Source: Eledone cirrhosa
Taxonomy: Eukaryota
Length of the DNA stretch: 64,000 nucleotides
Assembly: GCA_964016885.1 (NCBI GenBank)
Contig: OZ024744.1
Span: forward strand, 5,766,001 to 5,830,000
Reading direction: 5' to 3'
Shown here: positions 10,641 through 25,600 of the stretch, one piece after another
How positions within the stretch are numbered: position 1 is the first letter of the stretch
Layout of the letters: each line of letters begins with the position of its first letter
Program-made: the position numbers and the translations under genes
Notes under the pieces: model-generated
Databases searched by the model: none
What the model saw: the letters and a program-made list of their open reading frames with translations, nothing else
Told to the model about the DNA's origin: nothing

Positions 10641-13600
10641 CACTGTTAACATATAACTGGAAAGACTGTTGGATATACTGTCAACAAATAACTGGAAAGA
10701 CTGCTGAATATACTGTTAACATATAACTGGAAAGACTGTTGGATATACTGTTAATAAATAACTGGAAAGACTGTTGATATACTGTTAACATATAACTGGA
10801 AAGACTGTTGAATATACTGTTATTTAATTTGAAGGACTGTTGGATATACTGTTATATAACTGGAAAGACTGTTGAACATACTGTTAACAAATAACTGGAA
10901 AGACTGTTGAATATACTGTTAACAAATAACTGGAAAGACTGTTGGATTTACTGTTAACAAATAACTGGAAAGACTGTTGAATATACTGTTAACAAATAAC
11001 TGGAAAGACTGTTGAATATACTGTTAACATATAACTGGAAAGACTGTTGGATATACTGTTAACAGATAACTGGAAAGACTGTTGAATATACTGTTAACAT
11101 ATAACTGGAAAGACTGTTGGATATACTGTCAACATATAACTGGAAGGACTGTTGGATATACAGTTATATAACTGGAAAGACTGTTGGATATACTGTTAAC
11201 ATATAACTGGAAACACTGGTGGATATACTGTTAACATATAACTGGAAAATACTGTTTAATATACTGTTAACATATAACTGAAAAGACTGTTAGATATACT
11301 GTTAACATATAACTGGAAAGACTGTTGAATATACTGTTATGTAACTGGAAGGACTGTGGTATATAATGTTAACATATAACTGGAAAGCCTGTTTAATAAA
11401 CTGTTAGATAACTGGAAAGACTGTTGGATATACTGTTAACATATAACTGGACAGTCTCTTGGATATACTGTTAACATATAACTGGAAAGAGTGTTGGATA
11501 TACTGTTATATAACTGGAAAGACTGTTGGATATACTGTTAACATATAACTGGAAAGACTGTTGAATATACTGTTAACATATAACTGGAAAGACTGTTGGA
11601 TATACTGTTATATAACTGGAAAGACTGTTGGATATACTGTTAACATAGAACTGGAAAGACTGTTGAATATACTGTTAACATATAACTGGAAAGACTGTTG
11701 GATATACTGTTATATAACTGGAAAGACTGTTGGATATACTGTTAACATATAACTGGAAAGACTGTTGGATATACTGTTAACATATACCTGGAAAGTCTGT
11801 TGGCTATATTGTTAACATATAACTAGAAAGACTGTTGGGTATACTGTTAATGATATAATTGGAAAGAGTGTTGGATATACTGTTAACATATAACTGGAAA
11901 GACTGTTGTATATAATGTTAACATATAACAGGAAAGACTGTAGGATATACTGTTAACATATAACTCGAAAGACTGTTGGATATACTGTTAACATATAACT
12001 GGAAAGACTGTTTGATATACTGTTAACATATAACTGGAAAGACTGTTGGAAATACTGTTAACATATAATTGGAATGACTGTTGGAAATACTGTTAACATA
12101 TAACTGGAAAGACTGTTGGATATACTGTTAACATATAACTGGAAAGACTGTTGGATATACTGTTAACATATAATTGGAATGACTGTTGGAAATACTGTTA
12201 ACATATAACTGGAAAGACTGTTGGATATACTGTTAACATATAACTGGAAAGACTGTTGGATATAATGTTATATAACTGGAAAGACTGTTGGATATACTGT
12301 TAACATAACTGGAAAGACTGTTGGATATACTGTTAACATATAACTGGAAAGACTGCTGAGTATACTGTTAACATATAACTGGAAAGACTGTTGCATATAA
12401 TGTTAACATATAACTGGAAAGACTGTTGGATATACTGTTATATAACTGGAAAGACTGTTGAATATACTGTTAACAAATAACTGGAACGACTGTTGAATAT
12501 ACTGTTAACATATAACTGGAAAGACTGTTGAATATACTGTTAACATATAACTGGAAAGACTATTATATATACTGTTATATAACTGGAAAGACCTTTGACT
12601 ATACTGTTATATAACTGGAAAGACTGTTGGATATACTGTTAATATATAAATCGAATTACTGTCGGATATACTGTTATACAACTGGAAATACTCTTGTATA
12701 TACTGTTAACATATAACTGGAACACTGTTTAATATACTGTTAACATATAACTGGAAAGAATGTTGGATATACTGTTATATAACTGGGAAGACTGTTGGAT
12801 ATGATGTTATATAACTGGAAAAACTGTTGAATATACTGTTATATAACTGGAAAGACTGTTGAATATACTGTTATATAACTGGAAAGACTGTTGGATATAC
12901 TGTTATACAACTGGAAAAGACTGTTAAAGATCCTGTTATATAACTGGAAAGACTGTTGGATATAGCATTAACATATAACTGGAAAGACTGTTGTATGTAC
13001 TGTTAACATATAACTCGAAATACTGTTGGATATACTGTTAACATATAACTGGAAACCCTGTTGGATATACTGTTAACATGTAACTATAAAGACTGTTGGG
13101 TATACTGTTAATGATATAACTGGAAAGAGTGTTGGACATACTGTTCACATATAACTGGAAAGACTGTTCAATATACTGTTAACATATAACTGGAAAGACT
13201 GTTGTATATAATGTTAACATATAACTGGAAAGACTGTAGGATATACTGTTAACATATAACTGGAAAGTCTGTTTGATATACTGTTAACATATAACTGGAA
13301 AGATTGTTGGAAATAGTGTTAAGATATAACTGCAAAACTGTTGAATGTACTTTTAACATATAACTGGAAAGACTGTCGTATATAATGTTAACATATAACT
13401 GGAATGACTGTTGGATATACTGTTAACATATAACTGGAATGACTGTTGGATATACTGTTAACATATAACTGGAAAGACTGTTGGATATACTGTTAACATA
13501 TAACTGGAAAGACTGTTGAATATACTGTTATATAACTGGAAAGACTGTTGGATATACTGTTAACATATAACTGGAAAGACTGTTGGATATACTGTTATAT

Positions 13601-16600
13601 AACTGGAAAGACTGTTGGATATACTGTTAACATATAACTGGAAAGACTGTTGAATATACTGTTAACATATGACTGGAAAGACTGTTGGATTTACTGTTAT
13701 AAAACAGGAAAGACTGTTGGATATACTGTTATATAACTGGAAATACTGTTTGATATACTGTTAACATATAACTGGAATGACTGTTGAATATACTGTTAAC
13801 ATATAAATTTAAAGTCTGTTTGATATACTGTTATATAACTGGAAAGACTGTTGGATATAATGTTATATAACTGGAAAGACTTTTGAATATACTGTTATAT
13901 AACTGGAAAGACTGCTGAATATACTGTTAACATATAACTGGAAAGACTGTTGGATATACTGTCAACAAATAACTGGAAAGACTGCTGAATATACTGTTAA
14001 CATATAACTGGAAAGACTGTTGGATATACTGTTAACAGATAACTGGAAAGACTGTTGAATATACTGTTAACATATAACTGGAAAGATTGTTGGATATACT
14101 GTCAACATATGACTGGAAGGACTGTTGGATATACAGTTATATAACTGGAAAGACTGTTGGATATACTGTTAACATATAACTGGAAACACTGTTGGATATA
14201 CCGTTAACATATAACTGGAAAATACTGTTTAATATACTGTTAACATATAACTGAAAAGACTGTTAGATATACTGTTAACATATAACTGGAAAGACTGTTG
14301 AATATACTGTTATGTAACTGGAAAGACTGTGATATATAATGTTAACATATAACTGGAAAGCCTGTTTAATAAACTGTTAGATAACTGGAAAGACTGTTGG
14401 ATATACTGTTAACATATAACTGGAAAGTAGTCTGTTGGATATACTGTTAACATATAACTGGAAAGACTGTTGGATATACTGTTATATAACTGGAAAGACT
14501 GTTGGATATACTGTTAACATATAACTGGAAAGACTGTTGAATATACTGTTAACATATAACTGGAAAGACTGATGGATATACTGTTATATAACTGGAAAGA
14601 CTGTTGGATATACTGTTAAGATAGAACTGGAAAGACTGTTGAATATACTGTTAACGTATAACTGGAAAGACTGTTGGATATACTGTTATATAACTGGAAA
14701 GACTGTTGGATATACTGTTAACATATAACTGGAAAGACTGTTCAATATACTGTTAACATATAACTGGAAAGACTGTTGTATATAATGTTAACATATAACT
14801 GGAAAGACTGTAGGATATACTGTTAACATATAACTGGAAAGTCTGTTTGATATACTGTTAACATATAACTGGAAAGATTGTTGGAAATAGTGTTAAGATA
14901 TAACTGCAAAACTGTTGAATGTACTTTTAACATATAACTGGAAAGACTGTCGTATATAATGTTGACATATAACTGGAATGACTGTTGGATATACTGTTAA
15001 CATATAACTGGAATGACTGTTGGATATACTGTTAACATATAACTGGAAAGACTGTTGGATATACTGTTAACATATAACTGGAAAGACTGTTGAATATACT
15101 GTTATATAACTGGAAAGACTGTTGGATATACTGTTAACATATAACTGGAAAGACTGTTGGATATACTGTTATATAACTGGAAAGACTGTTGGATATACTG
15201 TTAACATATAACTGGAAAGACTGTTGAATATACTGTTAACATATGACTGGAAAGACTGTTGGATTTACTGTTATAAAAGAGGAAAGACTGTTGGATATAC
15301 TGTTATATAACTGGAAATACTGTTTGATATACTGTTAACATATAACTGGAATGACTGTTGAATATACTGTTAACATATAAATTTAAAGTCTGTTTGATAT
15401 ACTGTTATATAACTGGAAAGACTGTTGGATATAATGTTATATAACTGGAAAGACTTTTGAATATACTGTTATATAACTGGAAAGACTGCTGAATATACTG
15501 TTAACATATAACTGGAAAGACTGTTGGATATACTGTCAACAAATAACTGGAAAGACTGCTGAATATACTGTTAACATATAACTGGAAAGACTGTTGGATA
15601 TACTGTTAACAGATAACTGGAAAGACTGTTGAATATAATGTTAACATATAACTGGAAAGACTGTTGGATATACTGTCAACATATGACTGGAAGGACTGTT
15701 GGATATACAGTTATATAACTGGAAAGACTGTTGGATATACTGTTAACATATAACTGGAAACACTGTTGGATATACCGTTAACATATAACTGGAAAATACT
15801 GTTTAATATACTGTTAACATATAACTGAAAAGACTGTTAGATATACTGTTAACATATAACTGGAAAGACTGTTGAATATACTGTTATGTAACTGGAAAGA
15901 CTGTGATATATAATGTTAACATATAACTGGAAAGCCTGTTTAATAAACTGTTAGATAACTGGAAAGACTGTTGGATATACTGTTAACATATAACTGGAAA
16001 GACTGTTGGATATACTGTTATATAACTGGAAAGACTGTTGGATATACTGTTAACATATAACTGGAAAGACTGTTGAATATACTGTTAACATATAACTGGA
16101 AAGACTGTTGGATATACTGTTATATAACTGGAAAGACTGTTGGATATACTGTTAAGATAGAACTGGAAAGACTGTTGAATATACTGTTAACGTATAACTG
16201 GAAAGACTGTTGGATATACTGTTATATAACTGGAAAGACTGTTGGATATACTGTTAACATATAACTGGAAAGACTGTTGGATATACTGTTAACATATACC
16301 TGGAAAGTCTGTTGGCTATATTGTTAACATATAACTAGAAAGACTGTTGGGTATACTGTTAATGATATAACTGGAAAGAGTGTTGGATATACTGTTAACA
16401 TATAACTGGAAAGACTGTAGGATATACTGTTAACATATAACTGGAAAGACTGTTAGATATACTGTTAACATGTAACTGGAAAGACTGTTGAATTTACTGT
16501 TAACATATAACTGGAAAAACTGTTGAATATACTGTTATATAACTGAAAAGACTATTTAATAAACTGTTAGATAACTGAAAAATGTTGGATATACTGTTAT

Positions 16601-19600
16601 GTAACTGGAAAGTGTTGGCTATACTTTTAACATATAACTGGAAAGTCTGTTGAGCATACTGTTAACATATAACAAGAAATACCGTTGGGTATACTGTTAA
16701 AGATATAACTGGAAAGAATGTAGGATATACTGTTATATAACTGGAATGACTGTTGGATATACTGTTAACATATAACTGGAAAGACTGTTGGATATAGCAT
16801 TAACATATAACTGGAAAAATCTGTTGAATATACTGTTAACATATAACTGGAAAGACTGTTAGATATACTGTTTACATAAAACTGGAAAGACTGTTGAATA
16901 TACTGTTAACATATGACGGGAAAGACTGTTGGATATAATGTTATATAACTGGAAAGATTTTGAATATACTGCTATATAACTGGAAAGACTGTTGGATATA
17001 TTGTTAACATATAAGTTGAAAGACTGTTGAATATAATGTTAACATATAACTGGAAAGAATGTTGGATATACTGTTATACAACTGGAAAGACTGTTCGATA
17101 TACTGTTAACATATAACTGGAAAGAGTGTTGAATATACTGTCATATAACTGGAAAGACTGTTGAATATACTGTTAACATATAACTGGAATGACTGTTGAA
17201 TATACTGTTATATAACTGGAAAGACGTTTGAATATACAGTTATATAAATGGAAAGACTGTTGGATATACTGTTATATTACTGGAAAGATTGTTGAATATA
17301 CTGTTAACATATAACTGGAAAGACAGTTGAATATACTGTTAACATATTACTGGAAATACTGTTGGATATACTGTTATATAACTGGAAAGACCGTTGGATA
17401 TATTGTTAACATATAACTGGAAAGACTGTTGAATAAACTGTTATATAGCTGGAAAGACTGTTGGATATATGTTAATATATAAATCGAATAACTGTTGGAT
17501 ATACTGTTATACAAATGGAAAGACTCTTGGATATACTATTAACATATAACTGGAAAACTGTATAATATACTGTTAACATATAACTGGAAAGAATGTTGGA
17601 TATACTGTTATATAACTGGAAAGTCTGTTGGATATGTTGTTATATAACTGGAAAGACTGTTGAATATACTGTTATATAACTGGAAGACTGTTGGATATGC
17701 TGTTAACATAGAACTGGAAAGATTGTTGGATATACTGTTAACATATACCTGGAAAGTCTGTTGGATATACTGTTAACATATAACTGGAAAGACTGTTGGA
17801 TATACTGTTAACATATAACTGTAAAGAGTGTTGGATTTACTGTTCACATATAACTGGAAAGACTCTTCAACATACTGTTAACATATAACTGGAAAGACTA
17901 TTGTATATAATGTTAACATATAACTGGAAAGATTGTTGGAAATAGTGTTAAGATATAACTGCAACACTGTTGAATGTACTTTTAACATATAACTGGAAAT
18001 ACTGTTGGATATACTGTTAACATATAGCTGGTGTGTCTGTTGGATATACTGTTAACATATAACTGGAAAGACTGTTGGAAATACTGTTGACATATAACTG
18101 GAAAGACTGTTGGATATACTGTTAACATATAACTGGAATGACTGTTGGATTTACTGTTAACATATAACTGGAAAGACTGTTGGATATACTGTTAACAAAT
18201 AACTGGAGAAACTGGTGAATGTACTTTTAACATATAACTGGACAGATGTTGGATATACTGTTATATAACTGGAAAGACTGTTGAATATACTCTTAACATA
18301 TAACTGGACAGACCTTTGGATATACTGTTATATAACTGGAAAGAGTGTTGGATATACTGTTAACATATAACTGGAAAGACTGTTGTATATAATGTTAACA
18401 TATAACAGGAAAGACTGTAGGATATACTGTTAACATATAACTGGAAAGACTGTTGGATATACTGTTAACATATAACTGGAAAGACTGTTTGATATACTGT
18501 TAACATATAACTGGAAAGACTATTGTATATAATGTTAACATATAACTGGAAAGACTGTTTGATATACTGTTAACATATAATTGGAATGACTGTTGGAAAT
18601 ACTGTTAACATATAACTGGAAAGACTGTTGGATATACTGTTAACATATAACTGGAAAGACTGTTGGATATAATGTTATATAACTGGAAAGACTGTTGGAT
18701 ATACTGTTAACATAACTGGAAAGACTGTTGGATATACTGTTAACATATAACTGGAAAGACTGCTGAGTATACTGTTAACATATAACTGGAAAGACTGTTG
18801 GATATAATGTTAACATATAACTGGAAAGACTGTTTGATATACTGTTATATAACTGGAAAGACTGTTGAATATACGGTTATTTAACTAGAAAGAGTGTTGG
18901 ATATACTGTTATATAACTGGAAAGACTGTTGAATATACTGTTAACAAATAACTGGAACGACTGTTGAATATACTGTTAACATATAACTGGAAAGACTGTT
19001 GAATATACTGTTAACAAATAAATGGAAAAACTGTTGGATATACTGTTAACATATAACTGGAAAGACTATTATATATACTGTTATATAACTGGAAAGACTT
19101 TTGACTATACTGTTATATAACTGGAAAGACTGTTGGATATGATGTTAATATATAAATCGAATTACTGTCGGATATACTGTTATACAACTGGAAATACTCT
19201 TGTATATACTGTTAACATATAACTGGAACACTGTTTAATATACTGTTAACATATAACTGGAAAGAATGTTGAATATACTGTTATATAACTGGAAAGACTG
19301 TTGAATATACTGTTATATAACTGGAAAGATGTTGGATATACTGTTATACAACTGGAAAAGACCGTTGAATATACTGTTAACATACAACTGAAAAGACTCT
19401 TGGATATACTGTTATATAACTGGAAAGACTGTTGGAAATAGTGCTAATATACAACTGGAAAGACTGTTAAAGATTCTGTTATATAATTGGAAAGACTGTT
19501 GGATATAGCATTAACATATAACTGGAAAATACTGTTGGATATACTGTTAACATATAACTCGAAATACTGTTGGATATACTGTTAACATATAACTGGAAAC

Positions 19601-22600
19601 CCTGTTGGATATACTGTTAACATGTAACTATAAAGACTGTTGGGTATACTGTTAATGATATATCTGGAAATAGTGTTGGACATACTGTTCACATATAACT
19701 GGAAAGACTGTTCAATATACTGTTAACATATAACTGGAAAGACTGTTGTATATAATGTTAACATATAACTGGAAAGACTGTAGGATATACTGTTAACATA
19801 TAACTGGAAAGACTGTTTGATATACTGTTAACATATAACTGGAAAGACTGTTGGATATACTGTTAACATATAACTGGAAAGACTGTTGAATATACTGTTA
19901 TATAACTGGAAAGACTGTTGGATATACTGTTAACATATAACTGGAAAGACTGTTGAATATACTGTTATATAACTGGAAAGACTGTTGGATATACTGTTAA
20001 CATATAACTGGAAAAAACTGTTGAATATACTGTTAACATATAACTGGAAAGACTGTTTGATATACTGTTAACACATAACTGGAAAAAACTGTTGAATATA
20101 ATGTTAACATAAGACTGGAAAGAATGTTATATATACTGTTATATAACTGGAAAGACTTTTGAATATACTGTTATATAACTGGAAAGACTGTTGGATATAC
20201 TGTTAATATATAAATCGAATTACTGTTGGATATACTGTTTTACAACTGGAAAGACTCTCGTATATACTGTTAACATATAACTGGAAAACTGTTTAATATA
20301 CTGTTAACATATAACTGGAGAATATGTTGGATATACTGTTATATAACTGGGAAGACTGTTGGATATGATGTTATATAACTCGAAAGACTGTTGAATATAC
20401 TGTTATATAACTGGAAAGACTGTTGGATATACTGTTATACAACTGGAAAGACTGTTGGATATACTGTTAACATACAACTGGAAAGACTGTTGAATATACT
20501 GTTAACATATAACTGGAAAGACTGTTAGATATACTGTTAACATATAACTGGAAAGACTGTTGAATATACTGTTAACATATAACTGGTAAGACTGTAGGAT
20601 ATACTGTCAACATATAACTGGAAAGACTGCTGGATATACTGTTATATAACTGGAAAGACTGTTGGAAGTAGTGTTAACATATAACTGGAAAGATTGTTGA
20701 AAATACTGTTATATAACTGGAAAGACTGTTGGATATAGCATTAAAATATAACTGGAAAAAACTGTTGAATATACTGTTAACATATAACTGGAAAGACTGT
20801 TAGATATACTGTTAACATATAACTGGAAAAACTGTTGAATATACTGTTATATAACTGAAAAGACTATTTAATAAACTGTTAGATAACTGAAAAATGTTGG
20901 ATATACTGTTATGTAACTGGAAAGTGTTGGCTATACTTTTAACATATAACTGGAAAGTCTGTTGGGCATACTGTTAACATATAACAAGAAATACCGTTGT
21001 GTATACTGTTAAAGATATAACTGGAAAGAATGTAGGATATACTGTTATATAACTGGAATGACTGTTGGATATAGCATTAACATATAACTGGAAAATACTG
21101 ATGAATATACTGTTAACATATAACTGGAAAGACTGTTGAATGTACTGTTATATAACTGGAAAGACTGTTGAATATACTGTTAACATAACTGGAAGAACTG
21201 TTGGATATACTGTTATACAACTGGAAAAACGGTTCGATATACTGTTAACATATAACTGGAAAGACTGTTGGATATACTGTTAACATATAACTGGAAAGAC
21301 TGTTGGATATACTGTTAACATATAACTGGAAAGACTGTTGGATATACTGTTAACATATAACTGGAAAGACTTTTGAATATACTGTTAACATATAACTGGA
21401 AAATTATTGAATATACTGTTAACATATAACTGGAAAGACTGTTGCATATACTGTTATATGACTGGAAAGACTGCTGAATATACTGTTAACATATAACTGG
21501 GAAGACTGTTGGATATACTGTTAACAAATAACTGCAAAGACTGTTGGATATACTGTTAACATATAACTGGAAAGACTGTTGATTATACTGTTAACATATA
21601 ACTGGAAAGACTGTTGGATATACTGGTAACATATAACTGGAAAGACTGTTGGATATACGGTTATATAACTGGAAAGACTGTTGTATATACAGTTATTTAA
21701 CTTGAAAGGCTGTTGGATATACTGTTATATAACTGGAAAGTCTGTTGAATATACTGTTAACAAATAACTGGAAAGACTGTTGGATATACTGTTAACATAT
21801 AACTGGAAAGACTGTTGGGTATACTGTTATATAACTGGAAAGACTGTTGGAAATAATGTTAACATATAACTGGAAAGACTGTTGAAAATACTGTTATATA
21901 ACTGGACAGACTGTTGGATATAGCATTAACATATAACTGGAAAATACTGTTATATATACTGTTAACATATAACTGGAAAGACTGTTGAATGTACTGTTAT
22001 ATAACTGGAAAGACTGTTGGATATACTGTTATACAACTGGAAAAACGGTTCGATATACTGTTAACATATAACTGGAAAGACTGTTGGATATACTGTTAAC
22101 ATATAACTGGAAAGACTGTTGGATATACTGTTAACATATAACTGGAAAGACTGTTGGATATACTGTTAACATATAACTGGAAAGACTCTTGGATATACTG
22201 TTAACATATAACTGGAAAGACTTTTGAATATACTGTTAACATATAACTGGAAAGACTGTTGAATATACTGTTCACATATAACTGGAAAATTATTGAATAT
22301 ACTGTTAACATTTAACTCGAAAGACTGTTGGATATACTGTTAACATAACTGGAAAGACTGTTGGATATACTGTTAACATATAACTGGATAGACTGTTGGA
22401 TATTCTGTTAACATATAACTGGCAAGACTGTTGGATATACTGTTAACATAGAACTGGAAAGACTGTTGGATATACAGTTAACAAATAACTGGAAAGACTG
22501 TTGGATATACTGTTAACATATAACTGGAAAGACTGTTGGATATACTGTTATTTAACTGGAAAGACTGTTGCATATACTGTCAACATATATCTGAAAAAAC

Positions 22601-25600
22601 TGCTGGATATACTGTTATATAACTGGAAAGACTGTTGGATTTACTGTTAACACGTAACTGGAAAGACTGTTGGACTTACTGTTAACATATAACTGGAAAG
22701 ACTGTTGAATATATTATTAACAAATAACTGGAAAGACTGTTGAAAATACTTTTAACATATAACTGGAAAGAATGTTGGATATACTGTCAACATATAACTG
22801 GAAAGACTGTTGGATATAGCATTAACATATAACTGGAAAAGAATGTTGGATATACTGTTAACATATAACTGGAAAGACGTTTGAATATACTGTTAACATA
22901 TAACTGGAAAGACTGTTGAATATACTGTTCACATATAACTGGAAAATTATTGAATATACTGTTAACATATAACTGGAAAGTCTGTTGGATATACTGTTAT
23001 ATAATTGGAAAGACTGCTGAATATACTGTTAACATATAACTGGAAAGACTGTTGGATATACTGTTAACATATAACTGGAAAGACTGTTGGATATACTGGT
23101 AACATATAACTGGAAAGACTGTTGGGTATACTGTTAACATATAACTGGAAAGACTGTTGGGTATACTGTTATATAACTGGAACGACTACTGGAAATAATG
23201 TTAACATAAAACTGGAAAGACTGTTGAATATACTGTTAACATATAACTGGACAGACTGTTGGATATACTGTTATATAACTGGAAAGACTGTTGAATATAC
23301 TGTTAACATATGACTGGAATGACTGTTGGATATACTGTTATATAACCGGAAAGACTGTTGAATATACTGTTAACATATAACTGGAAAGACTGTTGGATAT
23401 ACTGTAAACATATAACTGGAAAGACTGTTGGATATACTGTTATTTAACTGGAAAGACTGTTGCATATACTGTCAACATATATCTGAAAAAACTGCTGGAT
23501 ATACTGTTATATAACTGGAAAGACTGTTGGAAATAGTGTTAACATATAACTGGTAAGACTGTTGGATATACTGTTATATAACTGGAAAGACTGTTAGATA
23601 TAGTGTTAACATATAACTGGAAAGACTGTTTAATATACTGTTAACATATAACTGGAAAGACTGTTGGATATACTGTTATATAACTGGAAAGACTGTTGGA
23701 AATAGTGTTAACATATAACTGGAAAGACTGTTGGATATACTGTTATGTAACTGGAAATAGTGTTGTATATAATGTTAACATATAACTGGAAAGAATGTCG
23801 AAAATACTGTTATATAACTGGAAAGACTGTTTAATAAACTGTTAGATAACTGGAAAGACTGTTGGATATACTGTTATGTAAATAGAAAGTGTTGGATATA
23901 CTGTTAACATATAATTGGAAAGTCTGTTGGATATACTGTTAACATAAAACTGGAAAGTCTGTTGGGTATACTGTTAATATATAACTGGAAATTCTGCTGG
24001 GTATACTGTTAACATATAACTGGAAAGGGTGTTGGGTATACTGTTATAGATATAACTGGAAAGAATGTTGGATATACTGTTAACATATAACTGGAAAGAC
24101 TGTTCAATATACTGTTAACATATAACTGGAAAGTCTGTTTGATATACTGTTAACATATAACTGGAAAGACTGTTGGATGTACTGTTATATAACTGGAATG
24201 TCTGTTGGATATACTGTTAACATATAACTGGAAATACTGTTGGATATAGTGTTAACATAACATGAAAGACTGTTGGATATACTGTTAACATATAACTGGA
24301 AATACTGTTGGATATACTGTTATATAGCTGGAAAGACTGTAGGATGTACTGTTAACATATAACTAGAAAGACTGTTGAATTTACTGTTATACAACTGGAA
24401 AGACTGTTGGATATACTGTTAACATAACTGGAAAGACTGTTGGATATACTGTTAAAATAACTGGAAAGACTGTTGGATATACTGTTAACATATAACTGGA
24501 ATGACTGTTGGATATACTGTTATATAACTGGAAAGACTGTCGGATGTACTGTTAACATATAACTGGAAATACTGTTGAATATACTGTTACAAATAACTGG
24601 AAAGACTGTTGAAAATACTGTTAACATATAACTGGAAAGAATGTTGGATATACTGTCAACATATAACTGGAAAGACTGTTGGATATAGCATTAACATATA
24701 ACTGGAAAAGAATGTTGGATATACTGTTAACATATAACTGAAAAGACGTTTGAATATACTGTAAACATATAACTGGAAAGACTGTTGAAGATACTGTTCA
24801 CATATAACTGGAAAATTATTGAATATACTGTTAACATATAACTGGAAAGACTGTTTGATGTACTGTTATATAACTGGAATGTCTGTTGGATATACTGTTA
24901 ACATATAACTGGCAAGACTGTTGGAAATACTGTTAAGATATGACTGGAAAACTGTTGAATGTACTTTTAACATATAATTGGAAAGACTGTTGGATATACT
25001 GTTAACATATAACTGGAAAAACTGCTGAATATACTGTTAAAATATAAATGGAAATACTGTTGGATATAGTGTTAACATAACATGAAAGACTGTTGGATAT
25101 ACTGTTAACATATAACTGGAAATACTGTTGGATATACTGTTATATAGCTGGAAAGACTGTTGGATGTACTGTTAACATATAACTGGAAAGACAGTTGAAT
25201 ATACTGTTATACAACTGGAAAGACTGTTGGATATACTGTTAACATAACTGGAAAGACTGTTGGATATACTGTTAAAATAACTGGAAAGACTGTTGGATAT
25301 ACTGTTAACATATAACTGGAATGACTGTTGGATATACTGTTATATAACTGGAAAGAATGTCGGATGTACTGTTAACATATAACTGGAAATACTGTTGAAT
25401 ATACTGTTAACAAATAACTGGAAAGACTGTTGAAAATACTGTTAACATATAACTGGAAAGAATGTTGGATATACTGTCAACATATAATTGGAAAGACTGT
25501 TGGATATAGCATTAACATATAACTGGAAAAGAATGTTGGATATACTGTTAACATATAACTGAAAAGACGTTTGAATATACTGTAAACATATAACTGGAAA

